NCBI GenBank assembly: GCA_965369655.1 | Contig: CBDUQR010000009.1 | Span: 11,480 to 75,479 of the forward strand | DNA length: 64,000 nt | DNA from: an uncultured bacterium | Lineage (GTDB): Bacteria > Zixibacteria > MSB-5A5 > JAABVY01 > JAHJOQ01 | Reading direction: 5' to 3' | Part shown: one piece after another, positions 17,781 to 28,053 of the stretch | Layout: every line of letters begins with the position of its first letter | Numbering within the stretch: the first letter of the stretch is position 1 | Made by a program: the position numbers and the translations under genes | Notes under the pieces: model-generated | The model's input: the letters and a program-made list of their open reading frames with translations, nothing else | Told to the model about the DNA's origin: nothing | Database searches by the model: none

Positions 17781-20050
17781 CGGATAAGACACCTGCAACA
17801 CGGGCTGGAGAACCGAAGGTCGGTCCTGCGGAGTTGATCACGGCGATCGAGGCTTCGGTCAAGCGGCTGCGCATGTATCCATCCGATCATCCAGCGTGCG
17901 CCAATGCAGCACAGAGGCCGCTCGACATCATTCAGAAAATGTTCGGTGACTCAGACGGCGTCGTAATAAGCCTTACCGATGGGAACGTCGCAGTGAACGG
18001 CATATCCTCGGGACATGCCTCGGAGAGCAGCATTGTAGGCGAAGCGCTCAATCAACTCGGCATCCGGAGTATCGTATTCGAGAGAGACCTGACAGTCGAA
18101 GAGACTGCCCGTTTCCTGCAGTTCTTTTCATCGAAGATATCAAAGGCAGATCAGTGGGGAGATCTCAGGGAATACCTTGTCGAGCGTGAGGTAAGTCACA
18201 TCTCGGTAGATACTCTCAGATACGAACTTGTCGGCGAAGATGAGAAGATCGTGCCATCAGATGCTGTGATCGGTACTGGCGCCCCTGGAGCTGAAGGTGC
18301 AGGGGACGGCCTCGTCATAGAATTCTCAAGGTTTGTGAAGGAACATCCTGAGTTGCTTCTCGAATTCCTTACGGATCATGACGCTGCACGCGCGAGCGTG
18401 TCGGAGTCATACGAGCACGCCATCGATTATGGCCGACTTGTGGAAGTCGCTGAAAAAGACGTCGCATCGTTGACCGAGGAGCAGGTAATGCAGGTCATAT
18501 CTCTCGGTCTCAAGCGAAAATCTGCGTCACCTCTTGAAACAGATTCGGTCGACATACAACAAGCCTTGTTTGATGTCCGATCGGTTGTCGAGAAGGTGAA
18601 AAACCCGGAGCTTCTGCCCAAAATCAAACGCCTGATATCCGAGCTGCAACTTATCGACGACAAGTATATCGACATGATCCTCGATGGCAAGTGTTCCAGA
18701 AAGCGGCTGGCGTTCGAGGAACTCGAAGAGACGATGAGTTCGATAGAATCAAATCAGTTCAGCGATCAGGATATCAGGAGCATTCCGAAGCATCTTGGGG
18801 CGCTGGATGATAGCGAGTATGCCGCCGACCTCGTCGACAGGCTCTTCGAATCGACTCTCGATGCTCAGTCGGGTGATTCATCCTCGGGCATGGTGACCGA
18901 TCTGGTCGAGGCTGCCGTAGGGGCGAATTCCGGCATTGCATGTCGCGCCTTAGTCGACAGAATCGAGCGGGAACTGAGCGACACCGGTATATCGCTTGCC
19001 AGATTCAGATTCCTTTGTGCTGAAGCTCTCAAGCTGTGCCGCTGGCTGCTTAGCAAGACCATGCTGACCGAGTTGCTCGATATGCTCAGGTCGTTTCACA
19101 GGTTTACATCCACGGAAATAGTCTACGCAGACGGTATCCAGATCGCTGCGGAGGATTTCATCTTCGAGTTCGGTTCCGGTGAAACGACAGGGCAGCTCAT
19201 CGCTGTTGCGAAGGCCGATTTCGAGGAAAACGGTCGAGTAGTCTACGAGATGCTGGCCATGCTTCCGACACAGCCATCCGCCCTTGCGTTGTGCGAAGAC
19301 ATAAGCTGTTCAAATCGCTCTGTAAGACTGATGATTCTGCGCCTGTTGTCAGACTATGGCGCCGCCGCGATCAGGGCGCTGGATGTTATGTCTGCCGGGA
19401 TGGAGCTACCGGCGCGGTCTCCGGCCCAGCCGCTCCTCGCAGATGAACTCTGGTATCGCGTCAGGAACATCCTCTTTGTCACAGGGAACATCGGTTCGCT
19501 CGAAGCCGTTGGACTGATTGAGAGATATGTGAACGATCCTGATCCGCGTATTGCGGGGGAGGTGATAACGGCTCTCGAGAAGACTGGCGGCGACAAATGT
19601 TGCAGGCTTCTTGCCGGCTACCTGCATTTCAATGATACTGAGGTAAGACGCAAGGCGGCGCTCGTTCTCGGCAATGTCGGAGACGAGAAGAGCCTGCCGT
19701 ATCTTTCCGAAATGTATGAATCTGAACCGGAGATGAGAACTCAACTTGCCCCTCTGATCGCGAACACAGGTGGGAACGCAGCTATTGACTTTCTCTTCAG
19801 GGCTTATCACAGAGACGACAGCTTCCTGAAGTCCATCCTGAGCAAGAGCCTTGAAGTTGAGAGAGTCGCAATCGCAACCGCTCTTTCCCGCATCGAGAGC
19901 GAAAAGAGCCTCGAAAAGCTCAAGGAGCTTCAGAAAGCATCCCGGTCGGGCGTGCGCGGCTTCTTCCGCTCAAACACGCTCGAAAACACCATCTACAATG
20001 CGATCGTCAGACTCGAACGCGAATTATACGCTGGACAGATTCAGGGGTAG
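17777..20050 (+). CDS. HEAT-repeat protein with N-terminal 'YPxxHP' region
   Basis: RMYPSDHP; C-terminal WYRVRNIL..DPDPRI..VRRKAALVLG HEAT repeats; GTGA overlap with the kinase gene. Confidence 0.8.
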   Translation: MTDKTPATRAGEPKVGPAELITAIEASVKRLRMYPSDHPACANAAQRPLDIIQKMFGDSDGVVISLTDGNVAVNGISSGHASESSIVGEALNQLGIRSIVFERDLTVEETARFLQFFSSKISKADQWGDLREYLVEREVSHISVDTLRYELVGEDEKIVPSDAVIGTGAPGAEGAGDGLVIEFSRFVKEHPELLLEFLTDHDAARASVSESYEHAIDYGRLVEVAEKDVASLTEEQVMQVISLGLKRKSASPLETDSVDIQQALFDVRSVVEKVKNPELLPKIKRLISELQLIDDKYIDMILDGKCSRKRLAFEELEETMSSIESNQFSDQDIRSIPKHLGALDDSEYAADLVDRLFESTLDAQSGDSSSGMVTDLVEAAVGANSGIACRALVDRIERELSDTGISLARFRFLCAEALKLCRWLLSKTMLTELLDMLRSFHRFTSTEIVYADGIQIAAEDFIFEFGSGETTGQLIAVAKADFEENGRVVYEMLAMLPTQPSALALCEDISCSNRSVRLMILRLLSDYGAAAIRALDVMSAGMELPARSPAQPLLADELWYRVRNILFVTGNIGSLEAVGLIERYVNDPDPRIAGEVITALEKTGGDKCCRLLAGYLHFNDTEVRRKAALVLGNVGDEKSLPYLSEMYESEPEMRTQLAPLIANTGGNAAIDFLFRAYHRDDSFLKSILSKSLEVERVAIATALSRIESEKSLEKLKELQKASRSGVRGFFRSNTLENTIYNAIVRLERELYAGQIQG

Positions 20051-20066
20051 TTGCGTTATTAATATT

Positions 20067-22859
20067 ATGAGGCGTTACTTCGTTCGCTTGAACATATTCG
20101 CTCTGCTTGCCTTCCTCGCACTGAGTTCGAGCGCTGCCGGGCAATTCTATTTTGGCAAGAACAAGGTCCAGTATTCTCATCTCGACTGGTATGTCCTGCG
20201 GACTGAGCACTTCAATATCTATTACTACAAAGACGAGAACAATCTGGCGGAGATGGCGGCTCACAGCATCGAGGAGAGCTACAGACTTCTCGAGACCAGG
20301 TTCGACATGCCGCTTACGCGACGAGTCCCGTTGATTATCTACAGCTCTCCGAACTACTTCGATCAGACCAACGTGATACCGCAGTTGCTGCCGGAAAATG
20401 TGGCAGGATTTACGGAGTTCTTCAAAGGCCGGATGGTAGTTCCTTTCGATGGATCGTACCACGAGTTCGACAGAGTGTTAAGACATGAGTTGGTGCATGT
20501 GTTCATGTACGCAAAGATGTCCCGGATCGCCAGGGATCACAAGAAGATCAAGCAGTATTCGCCACCGCTTTGGTTCACCGAGGGTATCGCAGAGTACTGG
20601 TCAGGCGAATGGAATTCCAGTGGAGATATGGTCGTCTCGGATGCCGTTCTTTCCGGCAGAATGTTCGACGAGATCAGCATCCACAGCATATCAGGCAGTT
20701 ACCTGATGTACAAGCTGGGGGAGTCGATGCTTCATTACATGTCCGAGGAGTATGGCGAGGACAAAATACTGATCCTCTTCGAAAACTGGTGGAAATTCGG
20801 CTCGTTCAGGGATGTTGTCCATTACACATTCGGCGTGCCCCTCAAGGAGATATTTGCGGGCTGGCAGTATAATCTCAGGAAGAAATACTTCCCGACGATT
20901 GTCGACACTGAGATGCCGGATCGTACCGCAGACGTTCTGACGCAAGAGGGATTCTCGGTTAAGCCGCATCTCGTAAGGCTGAATCTCGACGACGAGTCGG
21001 ACGAGGACTATCTGATCTATAAGGCGAACAAGCTCGGGTATTCCGGCATCTATCTGCAGGAAATGAATGGGAGCAATAAGACTCGCGCGCTGATAAAAGG
21101 TGAGCGGTCGCCCAAGTTTGAATCGCTGCATCTGCTGGAGTCGGATATTTCTGTGAATGGTCGTTCACAGCTTGCGTTTGCTTCTCGGCACTACGAGCGC
21201 GATGTACTCTATATCTACGATCTAAGAGAAAGAAGAATCGAGAGAAAACTCGATTTCGAGAAGATTGTGGTGCTGCAATCGCCGGCCTGGTCGCCTGACG
21301 GCAGTCGAATTGTTTTCACAGGCGCCAGGAAAGATGGACAGTACGACCTGTATGTATTCAATCTTGCCGAAGACTCGCTGACCCAACTTACTGACGACAT
21401 ATACTGGGATTCCGACGCTGAATTCGCTCCCGACGGTCGATCGCTGGTATTTGCATCCGACAGGACAACAGATGGAGACGAAGGCCCCCACAATCTTTTC
21501 ACGCTCGACCTGAACAGCGGCGAACTGAACCAGTTGACATGGGGACCGCATCGCGACGGTACGCCATCCTATTCCAGTGATGGGCGATGGATTCTGTTTC
21601 GCTCGACACGGCACGGCGTCCCGAATATGTACGTCCTCGACAGCCTGGGAAATCTCTACAGGGTCGGCAGCTTCTCCGCAGGCATTTTAGATCCGTCATT
21701 TGGTCCCGACGACGACAGACTGATCTTCTCTGCGTACGAGAAGGGCGGGATCAGGGCTTACTCTATCGCGTTCGACGATTCCCTGCTCGTACCGATGGAA
21801 AATGAGCCGACCGAACATGTCGCCTGGGTGCCGCGAATGATCTCTGGCAGAAAGACCGAAGCCAACTACAGCTACAGTAACGAATTCTCGTTTGACGTCG
21901 CGCAGTCAGCCGTCGCATACGATGCCTTCTATGGTTCCGTCGGTGGGTTCCAGGTGGCATACTCCGATATCCTCGGAAACCATCAGTATTATTTCCTGCT
22001 CTACAACAACTCTACCGTCAGGAGTGACTTTCTGTCGTCGTTCAATGTCGGCCTGACCTACATCAATCGCGAAGGCCGAATAAATGTCGGTGGTGGCGTG
22101 TTCCATCTTTTCGACGAGTACTACAACAGACAGGATGGGTATTTCGACGAACGACAGTTCGGTGGGTTGTTCCTTGTCAGCTACCCGTTTTCGAGATTCC
22201 GGCGAGTAGAACTGACGTCTGTGTTCAGGAAGTCGGAGCGTAACTTCTTCCTGTTCGATTCCACTCGTCACGCTATTCTCTCGACGAATTTCATATCCTA
22301 TGTCAAGGATAACAGCCTCTGGGACATAACAGGTCCGCTCGACGGCACCAGGTACAATGTGACGCTCGGCCTCACTTACGATATCAGGACGGGGCGGAGC
22401 TTCGCCCAAATAGCATCTGTCGATTTTCGCAAATACATACGTCTCGGCCGCTCGTCCGCATTCGCAAGCCGCATTTTCGGATTCGCCTCGACCGGCGAGG
22501 AACCGCAACGGCTTTATCTCGGAGGAAGCTGGTCGATGCGAGGCTACGACCGACGCGAGTTCTACGGTCGCAAGGTCGCCCTCTGGTCGAACGAACTTCG
22601 TTTCCCGCTGATAGACAATCTCTACATAGGTTTCCCGCTTGCGAAGATCGGATTCTCCGGCATCAGGGGAGCGATTTTCTGGGATACGGGGAATGCCTGG
22701 GACGATGAATTCGATCGCTTTTTCGGCTCGGTCGGTTTCGGAGCGAGAGTCGCGCTTGGCTACATGGCTGTGCTCCGTTTCGATCTCGCCAGGCCGACAG
22801 ACTACCGCAAGTTTGCTGAGAACTGGGACTTCGATTTCTTCTTCGGATGGAATTTCTGA
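20067..22859 (+). CDS. Omp85/BamA-superfamily protein with N-terminal zinc-peptidase-like domain and TolB/PD40 propeller
   Basis: Signal peptide; FGKNKVQY; HELVH...WFTEGIAEY; PAWSPDG/FAPDG/PSYSSDG repeats; YLGGSWSMRGYD; terminal FFGWNF. Confidence 0.85.
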   Translation: MRRYFVRLNIFALLAFLALSSSAAGQFYFGKNKVQYSHLDWYVLRTEHFNIYYYKDENNLAEMAAHSIEESYRLLETRFDMPLTRRVPLIIYSSPNYFDQTNVIPQLLPENVAGFTEFFKGRMVVPFDGSYHEFDRVLRHELVHVFMYAKMSRIARDHKKIKQYSPPLWFTEGIAEYWSGEWNSSGDMVVSDAVLSGRMFDEISIHSISGSYLMYKLGESMLHYMSEEYGEDKILILFENWWKFGSFRDVVHYTFGVPLKEIFAGWQYNLRKKYFPTIVDTEMPDRTADVLTQEGFSVKPHLVRLNLDDESDEDYLIYKANKLGYSGIYLQEMNGSNKTRALIKGERSPKFESLHLLESDISVNGRSQLAFASRHYERDVLYIYDLRERRIERKLDFEKIVVLQSPAWSPDGSRIVFTGARKDGQYDLYVFNLAEDSLTQLTDDIYWDSDAEFAPDGRSLVFASDRTTDGDEGPHNLFTLDLNSGELNQLTWGPHRDGTPSYSSDGRWILFRSTRHGVPNMYVLDSLGNLYRVGSFSAGILDPSFGPDDDRLIFSAYEKGGIRAYSIAFDDSLLVPMENEPTEHVAWVPRMISGRKTEANYSYSNEFSFDVAQSAVAYDAFYGSVGGFQVAYSDILGNHQYYFLLYNNSTVRSDFLSSFNVGLTYINREGRINVGGGVFHLFDEYYNRQDGYFDERQFGGLFLVSYPFSRFRRVELTSVFRKSERNFFLFDSTRHAILSTNFISYVKDNSLWDITGPLDGTRYNVTLGLTYDIRTGRSFAQIASVDFRKYIRLGRSSAFASRIFGFASTGEEPQRLYLGGSWSMRGYDRREFYGRKVALWSNELRFPLIDNLYIGFPLAKIGFSGIRGAIFWDTGNAWDDEFDRFFGSVGFGARVALGYMAVLRFDLARPTDYRKFAENWDFDFFFGWNF

Positions 22860-24046
22860 TGCGACCGACTCACAGATACATTTCGCTGGCGCTTGTTGTG
22901 ATTGGTCTCTTACCTGTCATAGCAGGTTGTTCCGGCAGACTTGTTCGCGTGAAAGACTTCAAGTACAGCCCTCACGGATGGGATATGTTCCGGAATTCGA
23001 CCGACGGCTGCGCTGTGAACGCATCTCTTCGTGATGTAAACACGCTCCTGTGGAGCAGGAAACTGAAAGCTCGCGTCTACGCGACGCCTGTCGTCAACAA
23101 TGGCCTCGGCGTGATTCCGGGCCTCGATAAGAAAATCTACCTGTTCAATCCCGATAATGGCAAAGGCATCGGAAGGATCAAGACAAAATCGTCGTCATCG
23201 TCATCGCCCGCGATCTGTGAGAATCTGCTGTACATCGCATCGGAGAAAGACGACGGAAGGCTCAGGTGCATCAATCTGACCAACGGCCTGCTGGTTTGGG
23301 AGCGAAAGCTCGGCGATCTCTCCGCGCCGCTGATTCTCCATGACATGTCGCTGCTGGTCGGAAACTACGAAGGCGAGTTCTACTCGATCAACAGGTTTAC
23401 CGGCGAAACGGAATGGAGTTACTCGACTGACGGTCCCATCAAAGGCGGAGCCGCTGCTCTCGATGGCAAAGTGTTGATCGGGTCAGCCGATGGAAAGCTC
23501 TACTGCTTTGACTCCGCGACCGGTGATCTCTACTGGAGCTTCGAGACCGAGGGCGCAATTTTCTCCTCGCCTGCAATGGATGCCACCGCATGCTACGTGA
23601 CATCGTTTGGCGGAGTCATGCATGCGGTTGACCTCGCATCGGGACAGGAGCTTTGGAGCTATGAGACATCGGCCAATGTCTTCGGCTCTCCCGTTATCGA
23701 TCAATCAGCAGTCTACTTCGGCGCCAACGATGGCGGATTCTACGCCCTCTCCAAGCTTGACGGCTCACTGATCTGGACTTATCAGACCGAGACCATAATC
23801 AGTTCCACGCCGCTTGTCGGGCGGGATGCGGTCCTGTTCGGAGCCGGTGATGGTATGGTCTATGTGCTGGATAAAGTCGACGGCAGCAAGCTGTTCGAGT
23901 ACCAGACCGGCTCGCGCATCAAGTCTTCGCCTGCCCTTTATGACGGCAAAGTGTATGTCGTCACCACTGAGAAAAAACTCTTTTGCTTTGGAAGTCAACC
24001 GAAGGTTGCCGATAACAGAGCCACTTCTGCCAATTCTGCTGAATAA
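22859..24046 (+). CDS. BamB-like PQQ-repeat beta-propeller lipoprotein
   Basis: Lipobox IAGC; repeated SSPA/..G.L.W.. blades; TGA/ATG overlap with the Omp85 gene. Confidence 0.85.
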   Translation: MRPTHRYISLALVVIGLLPVIAGCSGRLVRVKDFKYSPHGWDMFRNSTDGCAVNASLRDVNTLLWSRKLKARVYATPVVNNGLGVIPGLDKKIYLFNPDNGKGIGRIKTKSSSSSSPAICENLLYIASEKDDGRLRCINLTNGLLVWERKLGDLSAPLILHDMSLLVGNYEGEFYSINRFTGETEWSYSTDGPIKGGAAALDGKVLIGSADGKLYCFDSATGDLYWSFETEGAIFSSPAMDATACYVTSFGGVMHAVDLASGQELWSYETSANVFGSPVIDQSAVYFGANDGGFYALSKLDGSLIWTYQTETIISSTPLVGRDAVLFGAGDGMVYVLDKVDGSKLFEYQTGSRIKSSPALYDGKVYVVTTEKKLFCFGSQPKVADNRATSANSAE

Positions 24047-24182
24047 GCGCCATTCTGACACCTGTTAATGCTATTATAGCGGTATTGCAGCCATAATGGC
24101 GCATGTGTCAAGTGATCCATCGGGACATCAAAAAAGACTTATGTCAGTGTGTTGCAGTGCGTTATGTGTATTATGCGGCTTT

Positions 24183-24198
24183 TGGCACGACTTATGCA
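24183..24198 (+). promoter_or_regulatory. Sigma54 promoter upstream of hsp20
   Basis: TGGCACGACTTATGCA, preceded by an AT-rich tract and short palindromes (GCCATAATGGC; TGACAC..GTGTCA) that could be activator sites. Confidence 0.65.
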
Positions 24199-24263
24199 AT
24201 ATACCTCCGCGAAATGACGATAGAACTCGAAATAAAACGCTTTGATTACAGGAGGTAAGTAAG

Positions 24264-24713
24264 ATGACTTTAACAATCAGCAGACCCAGACGGAGCTTCA
24301 TCCCGGTACTCGACGAGATGGACAAGATGATCGATCGGATGTTCAGGGACAGCTACGACAGCAGGGACGAGAGTTCCAGCTGGATGCCGCCGGTTGACAT
24401 TGTCGAGAACAAGGACGAGATCATGGTCAGGGCCGATGTGCCCGGACTGGAAAAAGACAATTTCAAGGTCTCGGTCGAGGACAGTGTCCTGACGATTTCC
24501 GGCGAGAAGAAAGTCGAGTACGACGAGAAAGACAAGGAGAACAGTTTCCATCGCAGCGAGCGAGTTTATGGATCTTTCTCTCGGTCGTTCACTTTGCCGA
24601 ACAATGTAGACACCGGGAGCGTCAAGGCAAAGTATCGTAACGGCGTGCTCCAGGTGGCGATATCCAAGCTCGAAGAGAGCAAGCCGAAACAGATCGATAT
24701 CGATGTCAGCTAA
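24264..24713 (+). CDS. Small heat-shock protein (Hsp20/alpha-crystallin)
   Basis: WMPPVDIVE..ADVPG..LTISGEK..ERVYGSFSRSFTLP..AKYRNGVL; AGGAGG RBS. Confidence 0.95.
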   Translation: MTLTISRPRRSFIPVLDEMDKMIDRMFRDSYDSRDESSSWMPPVDIVENKDEIMVRADVPGLEKDNFKVSVEDSVLTISGEKKVEYDEKDKENSFHRSERVYGSFSRSFTLPNNVDTGSVKAKYRNGVLQVAISKLEESKPKQIDIDVS

Positions 24714-24835
24714 GACAGGCTGACTCAGGTATGCCCCGAGCGGAAGATCACGAAGCGGCCCGCCCACGAAATCGGGGCGGGCATGCTGTATGTTATTGAA
24801 AAAGCGAGCAGTGTTTGCTCGATAGGAAGGTGAAT

Positions 24836-25432
24836 ATGATTAATGATGATAATGATCCTACCAACAACAGCGTGCAATATCAAGGATTTCTTGTGACTAC
24901 TGTAGCTGGTGTTGACATTAGCACGAAGTACAAAGAGTACGATGGGCGATTTGTGTCCAATGCACAAGGTTTTGACCCAAGTCCACCACATGATGTACAA
25001 GAAAGTAGTTCTCATGTTGAACCCAGCGACGTATGGAATAGCAGCGTAATAGTGTATCACTACGATACAAGTTCATTTGAACTTCTTGGTGAAAGGGAGT
25101 TTGTTACTGCGTTTCAGCAAAATCCTTCAATGTTCAATCACGCTGTGGTATCAGGAGTGTATGTAGAAACAACACGTCCACTAATTGACGATGATTCTGA
25201 AAAGGGAAGTCAAGTAGGTTTCGGTTTACTGGATAAGCTTCGCCGTATAGGTGCTTGGATAGCACCAGTAGTTCTGATTCTCGTTGGAGTTGATTTGATT
25301 CCCGATCCAAAACACCCTATGACATTTCTCGATTATCCTGAGTTTCAAGCAGTACACGAAAGATATGAACTTGATCCACATGTAGAAATATCGTCGGCCA
25401 ATGGTACATCTGGTCTATCAAGGGAGACCTGA
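24836..25432 (+). CDS. Orphan AT-rich hypothetical protein with one hydrophobic segment
   Basis: About 198-codon open frame filling the hsp20-dnaK gap; GGAAGG upstream; A/T-ending codons unlike its neighbours. Confidence 0.5.
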   Translation: MINDDNDPTNNSVQYQGFLVTTVAGVDISTKYKEYDGRFVSNAQGFDPSPPHDVQESSSHVEPSDVWNSSVIVYHYDTSSFELLGEREFVTAFQQNPSMFNHAVVSGVYVETTRPLIDDDSEKGSQVGFGLLDKLRRIGAWIAPVVLILVGVDLIPDPKHPMTFLDYPEFQAVHERYELDPHVEISSANGTSGLSRET

Positions 25433-25468
25433 GAATATTAACCGAAGCTAAAGGATTGGAGGGCAGGC

Positions 25469-27391
25469 ATGTCTAACAAGAATAACATTGTAATCGGCAT
25501 AGACCTTGGGACGACTAACTCATGCGTTGCGGTAATGGAAGGTGGCGATCCGGTCGTGATCCAGAACAGCGAAGGCGCTCGCACCACGCCCTCGGTGGTC
25601 GGATTCAGCAAGACCGGCGAACGGCTTGTGGGGCAGATCGCCAAGCGGCAAGCTGTCACGAATCCCAGGAACACAGTATCCTCAGTCAAGCGATTCATGG
25701 GTCGCAAGTACAACGAGGTGACCGAAGAGATCAAGAACTACCCATTCAAGGTCATCGAGGGGAAAAACGGCGCTGTCAGCATCTCGATTGAAGGAAAAGA
25801 ATACGCGCCGCCCGAAATCTCCGCGATAGTGCTTCAGAAGATGAAGAAGACCGCTGAGGATTATCTCGGTCACAAGGTAACCGATGCGGTTATCACTGTG
25901 CCGGCTTATTTCAACGACTCGCAGCGTCAGGCGACGAAGGATGCCGGCAGGATTGCCGGTCTCGATGTCAAGCGGATCATCAACGAACCGACCGCTGCCT
26001 CGCTTGCATACGGTCTCAACAAGAAAAAAGAAGGCAGGATCGCGGTCTACGATCTCGGCGGTGGGACATTCGACATTTCGATCCTCGAAATCGGCGATGG
26101 CGTGATCGAGGTCCTCTCGACCAACGGCGACACGCATCTCGGCGGCGATGATTTTGACAAGAGGATTATCGACTGGCTCGTTGACGAGTTCAGGAAAGAG
26201 CAGGGGATCGATCTGTCGAAAGATCCGATGGCTCTCCAGCGTCTGAAAGAAGCGGCGGAAAAAGCTAAGATGGAACTCTCAACGACGGTCGAGACAAACA
26301 TCAACCTGCCGTTTGTCACAGCCGATCAGGGCGGACCGAAACATCTGAATCTGACGCTGACGCGTGCGAGATTCGAGCAGATGGTCGATGACCTTATCGA
26401 CCGTGCGATCAAACCATGCGAAAGCGCGCTGAAAGACGCCGGAATCGCTGCGAGCGAAATCGGCGAGGTCGTGCTGGTTGGTGGCATGACTCGTATGCCG
26501 AAAGTGGTCGAGTCGGTGAAGAAGTTCTTCGGCAAGGAGCCGCACAAGGGTGTGAATCCTGATGAAGTTGTCGCTCTCGGCGCGGCGATCCAGGGCGGAG
26601 TGATGTCAGGTGACGTCAAAGACATCCTGCTGCTCGATGTGACGCCGTTGTCGCTCGGAATCGAGACGCTCGGCAACGTCACTACCAGGTTGATCGAGCG
26701 CAACACGACTATCCCGACAAAGAAGTCGGAGATATTTTCGACCGCGGCTGACAATCAGACGACGGTAGAGGTTCATGTCCTTCAGGGTGAGCGCGAGATG
26801 GCTATCGATAACAAGACTATCGGACGTTTCCATCTTGATGGAATTCCACCTGCACCTCGCGGGATGCCGCAGATCGAGGTCACGTTTGATATCGATGCAA
26901 ACGGGATTCTGAATGTCTCTGCGAAGGATCTCGCGACAGGTAAGGAACAGAAGATACGGATCGAGGCGTCGTCCGGAATGTCCGAGCAGGATATCGAGAA
27001 GATGGTCAATGACGCGAAAGTGAACGAAGCTGCGGACAAGAAGCGTCGTCAGGAAGTCGATACTCGAAACCGCGCTGATCAGCTTGTCTTCGAGACCGAG
27101 AAAAATCTCGAAAGCTATAAGGATCAGATCAATCCCGACACGAAAGCGAAGATCGAAGCTGCTGTCGGTCGTGTGAAGCAGGCACTCGAAGGTACGAACA
27201 CATCAGAGATCGAATCTGCGGCAGAAGATCTGAAGCAGCAATGGCACGAGGCGTCATCACAGATGTATCAGCAGGCGAACGCCCAGTCGGTCGCCGATCC
27301 CGATCTTGAGGGACAGGCATCTCAGCCGGGCGGCGCAGCCGGTGGTGATGGCGAGACGGTCGATGCCGATTACGAAGTCGTCAACGATTGA
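25469..27391 (+). CDS. dnaK: Chaperone DnaK
   Basis: [45 protein letters not shown]. Confidence 0.99.
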   Translation: MSNKNNIVIGIDLGTTNSCVAVMEGGDPVVIQNSEGARTTPSVVGFSKTGERLVGQIAKRQAVTNPRNTVSSVKRFMGRKYNEVTEEIKNYPFKVIEGKNGAVSISIEGKEYAPPEISAIVLQKMKKTAEDYLGHKVTDAVITVPAYFNDSQRQATKDAGRIAGLDVKRIINEPTAASLAYGLNKKKEGRIAVYDLGGGTFDISILEIGDGVIEVLSTNGDTHLGGDDFDKRIIDWLVDEFRKEQGIDLSKDPMALQRLKEAAEKAKMELSTTVETNINLPFVTADQGGPKHLNLTLTRARFEQMVDDLIDRAIKPCESALKDAGIAASEIGEVVLVGGMTRMPKVVESVKKFFGKEPHKGVNPDEVVALGAAIQGGVMSGDVKDILLLDVTPLSLGIETLGNVTTRLIERNTTIPTKKSEIFSTAADNQTTVEVHVLQGEREMAIDNKTIGRFHLDGIPPAPRGMPQIEVTFDIDANGILNVSAKDLATGKEQKIRIEASSGMSEQDIEKMVNDAKVNEAADKKRRQEVDTRNRADQLVFETEKNLESYKDQINPDTKAKIEAAVGRVKQALEGTNTSEIESAAEDLKQQWHEASSQMYQQANAQSVADPDLEGQASQPGGAAGGDGETVDADYEVVND

Positions 27392-27419
27392 GTAAGATCA
27401 GTGGTGTAGTATTGGGATG

Positions 27420-27666
27420 TGTTGAAAAAAGGTAGTTGACATGGCGTATCGAGCTACTGTTGGAACTCGCTGTCATTGCGAGCGACCGTAGGGAGCGTGG
27501 CAATCTCATACTGTGCGCGGCAGACCTCCCGGTCTGCCCGTTCCGTTGTTTTTTGCGTTGGGGCAGACGAGGACGTCTGCCGCCCACAAGGAGCAGATCA
27601 CCACGTCGCTATCGCTCCTCGTGATGACTACAACACAGGTCTGTGCCCGAAATGGATTTTTCAACA
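27420..27666. mobile_element. Nested MITE-like composite: terminal inverted repeats, GTCATTGCGAG-type hairpin element and family B REP doublet
   Basis: TGTTGAAAAA (27420) ... TTTTTCAACA (27666); GTCATTGCGAG (27472) ... CTCGTGATGAC (27628); inner doublet 27513-27587. Confidence 0.7.
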
Positions 27667-27747
27667 TGCCCTTTGGATTCCGGTGCGCCCCGTTTGAAAA
27701 TCAAGCAGCTTGACTCTGTGGCTTGAAGCGGTTACTTGGGAAATATC

Positions 27748-28050
27748 ATGGCTGAAGAGTTCATCGACTACTTCGAGATGCTCGGCGTCGGTCCGCAGGA
27801 TGATCCGGACAGAATCGCCGGTCAATTTCGCAGGAAAGCGAAGGACCTGATACCGCTGGAGTCGACGTGCCATAACTGCAAGGGTATCGGCGCGATTGCG
27901 TCGTATATATGTGACGAATGCGACGGCGCGGGAGTGCTGAAGAAGACGAGCAGCATAAGACTGGAAGTCCCGGCAAGCGCACCGGATGGGACGTTGCTGA
28001 CAAAGGAACTTGACGATCACAAGATCGTTATCAGGGTGACATACGAATAG
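27748..28050 (+). CDS. Miniature DnaJ-like protein (no HPD; one zinc-finger module)
   Basis: IDYFEMLGV...RRKAKDL lacks HPD; CHNCKGIG..CDECDGAG; IRLEVPASAPDG. Confidence 0.65.
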   Translation: MAEEFIDYFEMLGVGPQDDPDRIAGQFRRKAKDLIPLESTCHNCKGIGAIASYICDECDGAGVLKKTSSIRLEVPASAPDGTLLTKELDDHKIVIRVTYE

Positions 28051-28053
28051 ATC

